From Cyanophora paradoxa CCMP329 (Eukaryota > Plantae > Glaucophyta), in assembly GCA_004431415.1 (NCBI GenBank), contig QPMI01000514.1, positions 434,001 through 498,000 on the forward strand: DNA of 64,000 nt, given 5' to 3'. Shown one piece after another: positions 32,243 through 45,940 of this stretch. A program made the position numbers and the translations under genes. How positions within the stretch are numbered: the stretch's first letter is position 1; each line of letters begins with the position of its first letter. Under the pieces are notes generated by a model, which had not been told where the DNA came from, made no database searches, and worked only from the letters and a program-made list of their open reading frames with translations.

Positions 32243-35200
32243 TCAAAGTGATCGGGCCGAAGAGGGAGCGGCCGCCGCTACGCCCTGGAGGCCCGCCCGA
32301 CCTCGACACGCGCCCCGAGCGCCGACACGATGGGCTTGGGCGGCGGGCTCGGCTTGAGCACGCCCTGCGGCGCCGGAGGCTCGAAGGCGAACAAGGCCGG
32401 CCCGGAGGCAAAGGGGAAGCGAAGAAGGGGCCCAGGGCACCTGCACGGGGCTCTTCGCCAGGTTGCGCTTCGCGACCTGGGGCGAGCCAGTAAAAGGGGT
32501 CCCTTTTGCGTACTCCTTCTCTGAGAGCGGGGGGTAAGAAGAAAGAGACCGGGGCCGGGAGGATTCGAGCCGGGGGGAGGGCGGGCGCACGCATGTTGGC
32601 CTTCAGGTTGAAGACGACGCGCTTGTCGGCCCCCAGGGAGGAGCGCCGCTGCTCCGCCGGCGGGGGCGCCGGCGTCGCGGGGGCCTCCGCCGCCGCCTCC
32701 GCCGCCGACGCCGCTGGCGGCGCTTTCGCAGGCGTGCCCTTCGGCCGCTTCGCAGCGCCGTTCACAGGGGCGCCGTTCGCAGCGGCGCCGTTCGTCGCCG
32801 GAGCCGGAGCCGGCGCCTCCGGTCCCTTCCCCTTCTTCCTCCCCGCCGCCTGCTCCTGCGCCGGCGCCGGCGCCTCCGCCTGCGCCTTGGCGCCCGCCTT
32901 GGCCTCGGCCTGCTTCTTCTTCGGGCGCTTCGCCAGAGGGGCCGCCTCCTCCTCCTCGCCCCCGCTGCCGCCGCTGCCCTCGCCCCCCGAGTCGGGGCCC
33001 TCGCCGCCCTTCCACGGGGCCACCCACGCCTGCGCCCGGAGCTCAGCTCGGCGCAGCCGGCGCCAGGCGGCCTGCCCGCGCCTTCTTCTTCTCCCGGTTC
33101 GCCTTGCGCTCCTTCTTGCGCTCCGCCTTGCGCTCCGCCCCGAGGTCCCTGCCCACAGTCAGACGGGCCGGGCCCGCAGCCGGCGCCCCGCACGCCCGCC
33201 GGCCCCCCGCAGGCCCGGGGCGGCTCGCCTGCTGGCCTCGGCCTTGGCCGCCTCCTCGGCCGCCCGCGCCGCCTCGCGCGCCTCCGCACGCTTCGCCTTC
33301 TTCCTCGCCTTCGCCTCTGCGCCCGCGCGCGCCACGCCCGTCGGTTCCTCCCACGGTACCCCACGAACACACCACCCCAAGCGGCCGCGCACCGGCCTCG
33401 GCTTCTCGCCGCTTCCGCTTCCGCACCGCCTCCTGCGTGCCCCCGGCACAGGTTGGCGCGGGACCACTGGCGTACCCCCGTGGCGCGCACCTCGTTCTCC
33501 GGCTCCTCCCCGCCGTCCTCCTCCTCCTCTACCCCCACAAGCTTGTCCGCCTCCGCCGCCGCCTCGGGATCCACGTTTCGGATCGCCTGCATTCCCCGTC
33601 AGATGCGGCGTACCCCCTCGTCCGAGCCGGACGGTACGGCACCTTCACGAGGCCCTTCCGGACCTTGTGTATGTCTGCCCGGTACCCCTCCCGAGTCCGC
33701 CTGCGTCCACCGCCGGGGGTCGGGAGGGGAGGGAAAGGGGGGTACACGCGCTCACGGACCTCGCAGCGGCGAGCCTGAAGAGAGCCTGGGCGAGGGACAC
33801 GGGATCGATGGACTTCGCGACCCGCGCGGCTGCCGACGGCTCCTTCGGGCCCTTCTCCTACGGGCGCCGGCCTCGGCCGGGGTACGGCGCCGCGCCGCAA
33901 GTGGGGGGAGGCGGCCACCTTCTTCTCGCCCTCCTCGTCCTCCTCGTCGTCCTCGTCCGACTCGGGCGGCCCGTGGTTCTGCGCCCCGCACGACGCCATC
34001 AGCCCCCACCCGGGGACGGAATGCGGTACCCCGGCGCTGCTTCCGCACCTCGCGGTACCCGTCCACGATCGCCTCGAAGATCGAGTCGCGTACCCGCCCG
34101 AACATGCGCCTAGGCGAATCACGCGTGAGGCGCCACCCGCGATCGGGGGTTGGGCGGGAGGGGGAGGGGATAGGGGAGGGGGCGGGGGGGAGGGGGGGTA
34201 CGCGCACTTGTCGGCGGCACGGGCCAGGAGGCCCAGATAGGGCTCGAGGAGCGCCGAGAGGGCATCCCGCGGAGGCTGCGCCTGGATTCGAACCCGCGCA
34301 CTTGGAGGGGGGGGCACGGCGCCGGCGCACGTCGCTGGGCCCGAGGCTGGGCAGGAAGACTTCGGAGACGTGCAGGGCGAGCCCGATCGGCGAGGCCTGC
34401 GCGCGGGGTACGGGCTCGAGGGGGGTGCGGGGTAGTTGGGGGGAGAAGGCTAGCCTGGCCGGTGGGGTCGAGGACGGTGGAGGCCAGTACCCCCGCGATG
34501 CAGCCGACGACCTCGGCGTCCCAGTCCCGCTTCGCGGCGTACGCGAACCCCGCCTCGAGGAACTTGCGAACGAGGGCGTAGTACTTCTCGATGCTGAGGG
34601 GCGGGCGGCGGGTCAGCCGGGGCCGCGGGCGGGGGGCGGGGGGCGGTCAAGCCGCGTGGGGCGGGTGGGCGGGCGCACCGGAGGCGGTCGATGCGCTCCC
34701 ACTCGCGGCACATCGTCTCGAAGAACGTCTTGTAGTACAGCAGGCCCCTGTCGCCCGGGAAGACGTGAATCATGGACGCCAGGCGCTCAGCCAGCTCCAT
34801 CTGCACGATCGGCCTGCCCGCCCCCAGCCCCGCCGGCGCCGTGAGCGGCGTCCCGAGCGGCGCTAGCGGTGACCGCCGGCGCGCACTTGTCCGAGTGCCA
34901 CATGCAGTAGAACAGGCCCTTCCATATCTTGATCAGGTCCGCCTCGCCTATGTGCTGCTGCTTCGAGAACCACTTGGAGAGGACCTTGACCGTCTTGTCG
35001 CGCACCGCTTTGTCTGCGCATGCCAGCTAGATCAGCTTCGGCTTCCTCGGCGCCCCGGATGCCGCCGCGGGCACTCCCGATCGGCCCTAGCGTGCGGAGC
35101 GCCGGCGGACGGCGCGCGGTGCGACGCGTCGACCACGAGGGCTTAGGAGCGTCCGTACGTGCCACATACGCCCCGGGGCAAGCCCGCGGCCCCCGCGCGC

Positions 35201-35324
35201 GTCCGTCCGCTAGCTAGAAGTTTCGTGGCGCGATCGCATGCCGGCGGGGCCACGCACCAGAGGCGGCGAGTCTGCGCCCGAACCGCACGTCCCGCTTTGC
35301 AGGCTGATCCTCTCCGTCGCTCAT
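32243..35324 (-). CDS. RRP1: Ribosomal RNA processing protein 1 / Nop52, multi-exon
   Basis: FGRRLAAS..RDKTVK.L.KW..LIKIWKGLFYCMWHSDK..VQMELAERLA..FFETMCREWERIDRLR..KYYALVRKF, plus a C-terminal KRVVFNL motif. The 3' end is approximate. Confidence 0.9.
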
Positions 35325-35435
35325 CGCAAGGCGCGCTCTAACTTCGAAGCTGATCGGTGTTGGGGGGGTACAAGTGCAAGAACACGTGCACAAGAATTGT
35401 GGGGAGCACGGCCTAGTGGCGAGCGTGGAGGGTGC

Positions 35436-36430
35436 ATGAACAGTTAATGGTGAGCCCGCAACAGAGCTAGCCGCATCCGCACCCCTGTTCCAACCGCTGT
35501 CGGCAGGGGTGCAAGGGCTCCAAGAGCGAGAAGTCGCACAGTCCGACATCAGGCGTGCATCCTGCATTCATCACCAACCCTTGATTCTGACCGGGGAGCA
35601 GAGAGGACACCGGCTGGCTCGCAGTCGCATGCTATCAAGACGCCGCCTTCCTGGAAATCGGATACGCCGCTCTCCAGGCTTCGGCTGAAACGGTACCATG
35701 ACACCGTCGCAATTCTGCTCCTGCCCGAACCGGCACCGCTGACTCCAATTGTCGTGCTCAGAATGCGCGAGGAATTCTGGTCCGCGTGCTCTCTTTTGGC
35801 TTTGTGATAGCTGCAGCTAAACATTCTCGCTTCCGCCCCCTCGTCTCTTGCCTCTGTGACAGGGACACGGTCTGCACAGCCTCCCGCGCCCCTGAGCCGT
35901 TTCCTGACTTCCGCACGCGGCCGCAGCGCGTCGAGGGTCACAAAGAGACTTGGGACACGCTCAAGGGGTTCGCGGCAAGCGATCCGGGCGCGGCTTTTCG
36001 GATCCTTACGCGGGCCGCCGCAGGATCGTGGAGTTTGTACAGGCGAAAGACCTCGAGGTGCGTGCGCGCCGCGCTCGCTGGCGCGCGCGCGTGCGCCGCC
36101 GAACCTCTCCGCACGCAGATGGCGAACGTGGCGGCTCAGAGCGCAGGCGCGAACCGCCGGCTCAGCCCCGCGCCGCGCCGCGCTGGCCGCACGCTGAGGC
36201 GCCGCAGGCATCGTGGTGCCGCCCTCGGGGACGCTCAACGAAGTGTACGACGCGCTGGGAGTGAGCTACAAGCTCCCCCCGTTCGTCATCAGCGACCCGT
36301 CGAACGTGCGCGCCGCGCCCCGCGCTCTGGGCCCCGGGGGGCCCGTTGGCACCTCACCCTCCCCCGCCAGATCGCGCCGGACACTCTGGACGACGGGACG
36401 ACGCGCGATGACATGAAGCGGAGGTGCGCG
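35436..36430 (+). CDS. UBTD1/2 (DC-UbP)-family ubiquitin-binding domain protein, multi-exon
   Basis: Exons encode WKSDTPLS..L.RMREEFWDT.RVEGHKETWDTLK and GIVVPPSGTLNEVYDALGVSYKLPPFVISDPSN. Both ends uncertain. Confidence 0.75.
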
Positions 36431-37139
36431 ACCCGACGCGTCGCGGCGCCCCCGCCCCTCGAGCTCGGCCCCATCCTGATGCGGCGCCGCCAGCGCCATG
36501 GTCTGAGCGTGTCTCCCTCTCTTTCTCTCTCTCTCTCCCTCTCTCGGCAAAGCGCTCTCCTCGCCCCCCCTGCGGCGGCGGTGGCGCGCATCGCCCTCCT
36601 GCGCCTCCCTCCATGCAGCTGGGCCCCTCCTGCCCGAAGCTGCCCTCTAGTGACCCGCACCTGTGAGAGTGCTTATTTCTCGCTGCTCGTAGTGACATTT
36701 CAGAGCATTTCCAGTTTCTTCTTGAGTTCAGCTGTTTGTTAACTTATCATAGCAACTATGACAGCATCTAGCTGTGTGTAGCCTAGGTAATCTCTGGAGA
36801 CGACTAGATGAGCATGTCGACAACATGCAAATAAGCCTGCAAAAATGCAGCTAACGCCATCCAAAATATCGCTGTATGCGAGTACCGTTAAGTTAGCAGA
36901 AGGGTGGAAGGGTGTCTGGGCGGTGCAGCGTGGGTCCGGGGTCAATGGCTCCGGCGGGCAGGGAGCGGGAGGGGAGGGGCTGCGAGGGCCGCACGCGGAA
37001 GCGAGCGGCGTGGGCCGCCGAGGGGCCGCCTGCACTTAAAAGTGACCGCCCGAGAAGCGATGCGTGAGGGGGTAGAGCAGGCTCTGCGGGGCAAGTCGAG
37101 GGGGCCTCGGGGGCGCCCTCCGGGGCGCTCGCTGGCCGG

Positions 37140-38000
37140 CTAGCGGAGGAGGGCGAGGATCTCGACGCGGGCCGAGGCGAGCGCCGCGTCGTCCACCGCC
37201 GGCTCCGCCGCGTTGAACCGCTCCTCCGCCGCCCCCTCCGCCGCCCCTGCCTCGGCCTGCGTCGCCGGGTCGGGCGGCTCGGCCGGCGGCTCGGCCGGCG
37301 GCTGCGGCTTGAGGCTCTCCGTCCGCCGCGCTGGCGGCGGCGGTGGCGGCGGCGGTGGCGCGTCGGGCGGGGCGGCGGGCGGCAGGGGCGGGGCGGGGCC
37401 CTCCCCTGGCGCCTCGCGCGGCCGGGTGTCCGGCTCGCCCTGCTCCAGGGCCGGCGCCGAGGGCCGGTCGGGCTTCGGCGGCTCGCCCGGCTCCGCGGGG
37501 ACGGCGCGCGGCCCGTAGGGCCGCGCCGTCCCGAAACGCCGCTGGCGGCCGCCGTGCCCCATCTCGAGCGCCTGCCGCCCGCGCTTCCAGTTGAACAGTG
37601 CGCGCCGGTTGTCGCTGGCGCCATTGCGATCTGTGAGCGGGTACGGCGTTTGGGTCTTGCTGGGGTTCGCCTCACCCAAGGTGGGGGAAGATGGCAAGAA
37701 GGCGCTCCCTGGGGAGGGACCGCAGATACTCATTCACTGCCCTGTACCCCCCCGGCGGTGAGAGGGGGCAAAGATTTAGAGGTACGGGGTACCCCGGGGC
37801 GCACTGGAGGGGGATACGCAGCACGCGGCAGTCCGTTGATGCGTTGACGTTAAAGTGGTTCCACGGCTGCGGAGGGCGCGACACCAAATCAGCCCCCAAC
37901 AGCGCACAACTTGCGGGGTGCAGCCGACGGGGCGGGGTACGCGCCTGGCGCCTGTGGGCAGGGGCTGGGTTCCCGTGCTCATCTCGTTGCTCCTGCTCCC
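37140..38000 (-). CDS. Hypothetical proline-rich protein (may be a separate gene or a 3' extension of the ABC gene)
   Basis: Coding-like exons NEYLRSLPRERLLAIFPHLGE and EERFNAAEPAVDDAALASARVEILALLR*. Confidence 0.35.
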
Positions 38001-38041
38001 GGGCGCGAATGAGCACGCGACGGCGGAGCGGGCTAGATTGA

Positions 38042-41000
38042 TTAGAAGATGGGCGATTCAAAGGCTAAGCGAGAGGATGCGATTTGAAACGAGGATCGGG
38101 GGCGGGCGGGGTGCGCGGGGTGCGCGAGGTGGAAGCGGGGGGCGTTGCGGGGCGGGGCGGGGCGCACGGCCGGGGCCTGGCCGATGGCGGCGGCGAGGGC
38201 GGCGATCATGGGCGCCTCCTCCTCCGACTGCAGCAGCAGGTTCGCCTCGTCCGTGTGCTCCCCCTGCGCCCCCCCCCCTCGCTCCCCCGCCCCCGCCACG
38301 CGGCGCGCCCGCAGCTCGAGCTACGTCCGGGGCGGCCGCGCGCCTGCTTGATGGTGCCCAGAGGCTCCCGCCGCCCGTCGGGGCAGACGCGCTCCTGCGG
38401 GGGCGTGAGGGGGGGAAGAAGAGGGGGCGGGGGACGGGGGCGGGGGGGCGGGCCTTGGCGAGGACGCCGCTGATGACGAGGTCGAGGCGGGTGGCCGGGG
38501 TCTCCTGCGAGCTCACCCGGTCCCCCGCCTTGTACATCTCTACCGTCGCTGCTCCGCCCCCGTCGGCCACGCCGGCGCACTCGCTGGGGCGGGGCGGGGC
38601 GGGGCGGGCGCACAGCACTTGGCGAGGGCCTCGATGGAGGCCGCGTCGCCCTCGCGGAAGGGGCGGAACTTGCAGATCGCCGCCGCCAGCTGCCCGCCCC
38701 GTCGGTCGGGGGCGCAGGGGGAGGAGGAAAGCAGGAAGGGGCGGATAGATGCGCGCCTGCTCGAGGGTGCGGGCGGGGCCGATCGGCTCCTCGAACTCGT
38801 CCTCCTGGGGCCCGGCGTCGGGGGCGGGGAGCGGGGCGGGGTACAAGACGGGGGCGGGCGGACGTGGGCGAGGAGGCGGGCGAAGGCGCCCCCGGCCTTG
38901 GCCAGCTCCTCGTACTTCCCTGCGACGCGTCGGGGGCGCCGGGGCGCGCCGGGCGGGGCGGCGCGGGGCGGACCGCGCTCGACGATGCGGCCCTTGTCGA
39001 GAACGATGACCTCGTCGCACTTCTCCGCCGCCGCCAGCCTGCCGCACCCGCGCGCGCGCGCGCGGTCACACCGGGTGAAAGGAAGCGAAGCGGGGGCGGG
39101 GGCGGGTGCGGGGGCGGGGGCGCGCCTGTGGGTGACCTGGATGACGGTCATGCGCTTGGAGGCCTCCTCGATCATCGCGTTGATGCGCCGCTCCGTCTCC
39201 GCGTCCAGCGCCGACGTGCACTGCCCGCCCCGCTCACATCAGGCCCGATCTGATCCCTCCTCGCATCGGATCGGATCCGATCTGATCTGACCTCGTCGAG
39301 GATGAGGATCTTGGGGTCGCTGATGAGGGCCCGCGCGATCGAGATGCGCTGCTTCTGCCCCCCCGACAGCGACTTCATGCTGCCGGCGTGCACGGGGTTG
39401 GAGGGGGGTACAGGGTTGGGCGGCGGGGGAGGCACCTGATCTGCGTGTCGTAGCCCTCGGGCAGCTCCTGGATGACGTCGTGGACCTGGAAGGACGGGGC
39501 GGAGGTTGGGGGGAGGAAAAAGGGCGGGGGCGGGGCGGGGGCGGGCGCCTGGGCGAGCTGGGCGGCGCGGACGACCTCCTCCTCGCTGGCGCCGGGCCGC
39601 CCGATTGCGATGTTCGTCCGCACGCTGTCCGCGAAGATGAACGCCGACTGCGCAAGAGGCGTCGGGTGGTACAAGAGAACGGGGGGGACGAGGGCGGGGG
39701 GTACAGCGCGGGCCGACCTGCTGGACGACCCGGACGTGGCGCTTCCAGGCCGCCCGCGGGATCTCGTGCAGCCTCAGGCCCCCGTACGCGATCTGCTCCG
39801 CCCCGCGGCGCTCGGTCGGTCGGTGCCGGCGGCGGCGGCGCCGAGAGGGAGTGGGGCGGGGCGCGCGTGGCCGCGGGTGGGGCGGTAGTTGCGCATGAGG
39901 ATGCCGAGGAGGGTGGACTTGCCGCAGCCGGAGCCGCCCACGATGCACACCGAGGTGCGCGGCCGGATCGTCAGCGAGAGGTGGTGTACCACCTGCCGGC
40001 CCCCGCCCCCGTCCCGCCCCCGCCGCCGCGCGGGAAAGCGGAATTGTATGCGGACCAGGCGGGAATCGAAGGAGCGGTACGCGAATCCCACGTCGCTGCG
40101 GGGGGTACGGGTTCGAGGCTGAATAAAGATGGAACTAGTAAAAAGCCGGCACCTGCACTCGATTGGCTGGACCTCCTCAGCAGCGCCCAGTACCCCCGGG
40201 ACCTCCGTCACCTCGGCCTGGCGGGGGCGTGGGGCGGATGGGAGGGAGAGGCGGGCCTCGGGGAAGCATCCACCCGGCCCTACCTTGGCCTCGCCCCTCG
40301 CGCCGCGCCCCTTGAGGTACCCCGTGATCGTTCTGCCGGCCACGCCGACCCCGTCAGGCCCAGAGGCGCCCAGATAGAAGCTCGAGCCACAGAGAGCAAG
40401 CACCGGGGCGGGGCGCGCTCCTCGCCCGGCCCGAGCAGCGGGTCGTTGGCCGGGCCGACGTCGACGCCCTCCCCCGCCCCCGCCCCCGCCCCCGGCGCCG
40501 CCCTCGCGCCCCGCCCCGAGTCGCCGGCCTCGACGGGCCCGTCCTTGCGGCGGCTCGCGCGCATCTGCTTCTCCTTGAAGAAGTGGTCGAGCGCCGACTG
40601 GCGCTCCACCTGGGAGGGTGAGCGGGTGAGGCGGGGGGCGGGGCGCGGGAAAGAAAGGGCGGCGCGGGGCGCGCCTGGACGATCTCCTCGTCCTCGGGGA
40701 TCATCATGAAGGCGCAGATGCGCTGCCCCCGCGCCCCCGGCGGGGTCGGGGCGAGCTCGAGCCGCGGGCGCGGGGGCGGGGGCGGGGGGGGACCTGGAGG
40801 GGGCCGGAGCCCTTGGTGATGTCGGGCACCATGTTCACGATCGTCGCCGACGCCGAGCCCACTGCGCGCCCCGTGAGCCCCGGGGGCGGCCGTCGGCCCC
40901 GCCGCCGCTCCGCCCGCCGAGCGCACGGGTGGTGACGTTGAGGTAGATGGCGGAGACTTGCCCCTTCGAGATCGAGTCCTGCGGGTGCGCGCGCAGCTCA

Positions 41001-44000
41001 GGCCGGCGACGCCTGAGCGAGCTGCGCGGGCGGGGGGCGGGGCGGGCGTTGAGGGCGAGGTATCCGAGGACGGAGAGGGTCGCCCCCTGCAGGCACTGGT
41101 TGAAGCAGATGATCGCCGTCACTGCCGCCCCGCCCGCCTCGTCGCCGCGTGCAAGGCTCGCTCGCTCGCGGCGGCGGCGGCGCCGGGCGACGGGGCGGCG
41201 GCCGGGCGGACCGTAGAGCATGGAGTGCATGCGGAGGCGGAAGTTGGCCTCCGTGCTCGCCGTCAGCGACTCCTCGAACTGCTTCACCTGCGCGGGCCCC
41301 GCCCGGCGGCGTCGGGGGCGACGAGGGCGGGCCGCGCGTGCGGTCGGGGTGAAGAGCGCACCGCCTTGTCGGCCATGCCGTAGTCCCGGATGACGGTCAC
41401 GCCCAGCACGACCTCCTGCGCGGGGTGAGGGGCGGGGGGGGGGGGGGGGGGGGGCGCGGGCCTTGACGACGGACATGACGCCCGAGAGGCTCTTCTGCTT
41501 GTCCCCCGACGCCTTCGCCACCCCCAGGTTGTGCGCCCGCTGCGACACGATGATCGCGAACTGCGCCGGCCGGCATCAGCCGCCCCGCGGCCCGTCTGCC
41601 TGCGCCGGCGCCGGGGGCTCGCGCCTGGATGACGATGACGACGGGGGCGATCTTGGGGTCGAGGGAGAACATGAGGGCGACCTGGAGGGGGGTCACGGGG
41701 GAAAGCGGTGGGAGACGGGAGCGGGGGGGCGAGGGGGCGGGCCTGGAGTGCGAAGGTGGCGGAGGCCTGGACGACGCGGAAGACGGAGGCGAGCGTCGGC
41801 TCCAGCGCGTTGATGTCTGCCGGAGGCCGCGCCCCCGCACCACGCGTCAGAGGCGGCGGCGGGCGGCGGCGCGGCGCGGGCGGCGGCGGGCGGGGCGGGG
41901 CGGGGCGGGGCGGGCACCGTTGGCGAAGTAGGAGAGGAGGGAGCCCTCGTCGGCGTCCCGCAGGTACGAGTCCGGCATCGCCAGCAGGTGCCGCATCATC
42001 GTCACCTGCCCCGCCGCCTCAGGCGCGCTCTCAGAGCCCCCCCGGCGCTGCCCCGCGCCGCTCGCCTGGAGGTCCCGCAGCGTGTTCGTGACGACGCTGC
42101 TCTGAATGTACGCTGCCGCCGGCGGTCGGAGGCGAAGGAGGGGGAGGAGGACGGGGCGGAGGAGGCGGGGTCGCTTGGACCTCGCTCCGCGCACCGTAGC
42201 AGTGGGAGCCGATGACGGAGGCGAGGCCGAAGACGGCGAGCAGGATGACGTACTTGCGCAGCTCGCCCTCCTTCTCTGCGCCCCCGGCGGTGAGCGGCGG
42301 GGGCGGGGGCGGGGGCGGGGGCGGGGGCGGGGCGCGCTCTCGAGGGCGGCGTCGACGACGCGGGCGAAGGAGAGGATGAGCAGCGCCTGCATCGCCAGCT
42401 GGCACGCCAGCCCCGCGAACGAGAGCTGCCGCCCCAGCAGGCGTCCGTCCGTAGGCCCCGCGGCCCCGAGGGGCGGAGGGGGGGTACGGCACCGCGATCT
42501 TGCCGGGGTAGGCGCCCATGAGGCGGAAGGCGTGGGAGAAGACCCACGCGATGCCGCGCGTGCGCCCGTCCACGCGGCCCTCGACCCACTGCCGCCACTC
42601 CCTGCCCCGCCCCGCCCCGCCCCGCCGCCGGCGTCGGACGCCGAGGTGGCGGAACAGGGGGGTACTCGCACCGCTCCAGCTCGGGCAGCGCGGTCCGCTT
42701 CTTGTTGGGCACCAACCGGCCCACGCTCTGCCAGTACTCCCGGTCCCTCTTCGGCTTCTGCGGGGGAGGGGGAGGAAGGATTGACGGGTACGGAATCGGT
42801 GAGGAGAGGGGTACAGCAGGGTCGGGAGCGCACTTCGACGCCCCCGATCTGGCTGTGGGCGTGCTTAAGGACCTCGAGGGGGAAGATCTTCGGGTGCCTG
42901 TGGTGGGGGTACGCGGGCGTCAGGGACAGGGGTACAGTGCGCCGGGTGGTGGGGTACGGCGCGCATGGCGGCGAGGAAGGAGACGAAGGAGGTGGTGAAC
43001 ATTCGGTAGTTGGCGCGGTTCTTCGGCGACGGCCCCGCCAGGATCGAGTGCAGCGGGCTCTGCGCCGCCTCCTGCGCCTGTACCCCCGCCTCGTGCCGCG
43101 CCGCGGGCCGCGCGCGGGGGGAGGGACGGGGGGCACCTTCTTCTGTGCCTTTGCCTGCCCCTGTTTGCTCGCGCCGTGGTGCGTGGGGTTTCGAGAGTCG
43201 CTCCCGGCGTTGACGTGTCCCAGCACCCCGCTGCTGGCCCTGCCGGCCCTGCCGGGGGACAGCGGCGGGCCCGCCCCGCCGTCCGTCGGCGCCGCCGCCC
43301 GCCCCGAGACTCCGGCGGTGACGCTCGGCGCCCGGCCGGCGCGGCTGGCGCCGGCCTCGTGCGCCTTGGGCGACGACGGCTCCCCGGCGCCCGCCTCGCC
43401 CGCGCCCCACCGCGGGAGGATCTTCCGCATCGAAGCGGCCTGCGCGCCGCCGCCTCAGCTTCCTCTCGCAGCCGCGCGCAGGGAGGGCGGGGCGCACCCC
43501 GATGCTCGCCGCCCTGTCCAGGAGGCCGCCGCCGGGGGCGCCTCGCGCCGAGGGGGCGACGCTGAGGCCGCCCCGCGGGGCCGACGGGCCCCCGGGGGCG
43601 CCCCGCGCTTCGCTCTTGATCGCCGCCGCCGTCGAGGCGTTCATCTGGAACTGGTCGACCTGCGCGCCCCGCCGCCGCCGTCGGCCCGTAAGAGGAAGAA
43701 GAGGAGGAGGGCGCAGGGGCGGTGCGGGGGCGGGGGAGGAGGAGGAGGGCGCCGCTGCAGGGGGGGCGGGCCTTGGTCATGTTGGCGGCGATGACGGAGC
43801 CGAGGAGGCCGTCGACGAGCCAGGCCCACTGCGGCGGCGGCTCGCTGCACCCCAGCACCATCGTGCTCGCCACCGCTGCCGGGCCCCCCCGCAGCCCCGC
43901 CCCGCCCCCTCAGCGCTCCGCCGGGCGGCGGGCGCCAGCGGGCGGGCGGGCGGGGCGGCACCGCGGTCCAGGAGCTCGAAGTCCCGGTCGAAGTCCAGCG

Positions 44001-44502
44001 TGAAGGAAAGGATCGAGGCCTTGCTGCCCGCCGCCTGCCGCCGCCCTCGCCGGTCGCGCGCGGCGCTCGGGGCGCGGCGCGCGGTCCCACCTCGTTGTAC
44101 GCGGCGCGGCCGCCGAGGATGCGGACCGTGAGCGGGAACGTGCACGCCGGCTGGATCTTCATGTCCGCGAGCCCCGCGCGGATCTTCGTGAACCGCTGCC
44201 CGATCTTCTCGACGACGGCGGCCGGCAGCGGTCCGTCGTCGCTGGCCAGGCTGCGGCCGCGCTCGGCACGCGCGCTAGCTCTCTGAGGCGCGCGGGCGCA
44301 CCGGAATTCCCCATCTTTCCCGAGCGCGATGTACTCCAGGCCCGCCTGCTCGCCGGCCAGCACGGTGACCTGCGCCGCAGTAGGGCGGCGTGTCACCGGC
44401 GGCAGCAAACGAGCGGCGAGCTCGAGCGGCGCCGGTGTCGGAGACCTTGATCGTGTCCGGATCGGCGGCCAGCGACGGCCCGCGGATCGAGGCCAAGGAC
44501 AT
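38042..44502 (-). CDS. ABCB-type half transporter (TMD+NBD) with unknown N-terminal domain and C-terminal cNMP-binding-like domain, many exons
   Basis: Walker A IVGGSGCGKSTL (~39910-39945), signature LSGGQKQRISIARAL, Walker B ILILDE, TSALD, VTHRL and hydrophobic TM exons (41000-42430). After the NBD: FRPFREGD..IEALAK..VEMYKAGDRV..QETPATRLDLVISG. Confidence 0.85.
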
Positions 44503-45074
44503 GGTTGCGGCGACTGCGTCTGTGCGCTGTGCTTAAACACTTCTACAATGCTATGCTCTGCAATCTTGATATAGAGAGCGGCCGGATCCAGGCCGATGGC
44601 GCCGTGCGAAGCTCCACGCGGGCGCGTCAGGGTCTAGCTTCCCTACTCCGGCTAGCGATCGAGCTTGAGCTTGCGCAGCCGCGTAGGTCCATCGCCGCCT
44701 CGCGCGCTGCGGTGGGTGACCGCGCGGCTGGGCCGGGCTGGCGTCAGAGGGGGTACAGTTACAATTCGGATTTGATCAGCCGGTCCACCTTCGAATTCAC
44801 TGCATGCACAGCTAGCGCTATTCCTCCAGCTAGGAGTCTAGGCTCCGACGCTAGCGCTCCGGATCCCTGCGGCCGGCATCGCGGCCGCGCATTCGGCCCG
44901 ACGCGCCTATAGCGCTAGCTAGGCCTCCGCCTGTTCGCTCTGCGCATGCGCGCGCGCGCAGGCATGCGCATGGCGTCGTACGCGTCGTCGTCGGAGCTGT
45001 GCGGCCACGGCCACGCGCGCGCGTGCGAGCTCGAGGCCGGTAGCTGCAGCTGTAGCTTCACTGAGTCATACGAA

Positions 45075-45940
45075 GTACGCGGAGACGAAGTACGAAGGCG
45101 GATCGGTGTGCTGGAATCGAAGACGGGGCTCTCCCACATGTACAGAGAATCCGAAGGCGCGCCGCACAGCGCGCGCAGGCGTTTGTTCGCGAGGGCAACC
45201 GGAACCAAGGTTCGCGCGGCGTCCTTTGCCAAGATCGCCAAGATCGCAACGAGAACATCGTCTGCAGCTGCGAGCGGCGAAGGTCATGATCAGCTGCAGA
45301 GCAAATTTAAAGCGCTAGCGCTCAAAGCCCATGGCCATGGCCAGGCGGCGCTCCCCCGCCCCCGGCTCCGCGCAAACCACGCGAAGGTCTAGAGATAATA
45401 TTAATCTATAACCGCATTCGCATTGCTGCGGCCGCCCGGCCGTGGGCCGGGCCCACGGCCCACGGCCCGCTGTAAGCGTACGCGTGCACGTGCGCATGCA
45501 CAAGCGTACGGCATGCGCAAGGGCGCAGCCGGCGCCCGGCCGCGCCGTGGCCATGGGCCGGCCGCGGCCGCGGGAGCTCGAGGGCGCAAACTGGCCATGG
45601 AGTAAAGAGCTCGAGGTGTGCCTGGCCATGGAGCCGATGAATGCGCATGCATATGCGGTCGGCTGCGGCCGCGCGCCCTAGGCCTAGGCCTGCATATGCA
45701 TGTGCATGCGCATATGCATATATGCATGCGCAGCAGGCCATGCAGAGGAGAGGCCGACATGCTGTGAAGAGACAAGCGCGCCGCCGCAGGGCGCGGAGAA
45801 GCGATCTACGCTGCTTCTAGAACGCGACAGCTCCCCCGCGCCGCCTCTCCGGGATCCCGCCCGGACTCGCGCTGAGTGTTCACCTGGGAGGGAGTCGAGC
45901 AGCACCGCGTCGGGCGGCGCCCCAGATGCGTGCGTCTCCG
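45075..45940 (-). pseudogene. Decayed inverted copy of the 5' end (exon 1, intron 1, F-box exon) of the gene at 59504
   Basis: THASGAPPDAVLLDSLP and LAKDAARTLVPVALANKRLRALCG match 59504-60090. Start codon lost, indels present, rest of gene absent. Confidence 0.85.
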
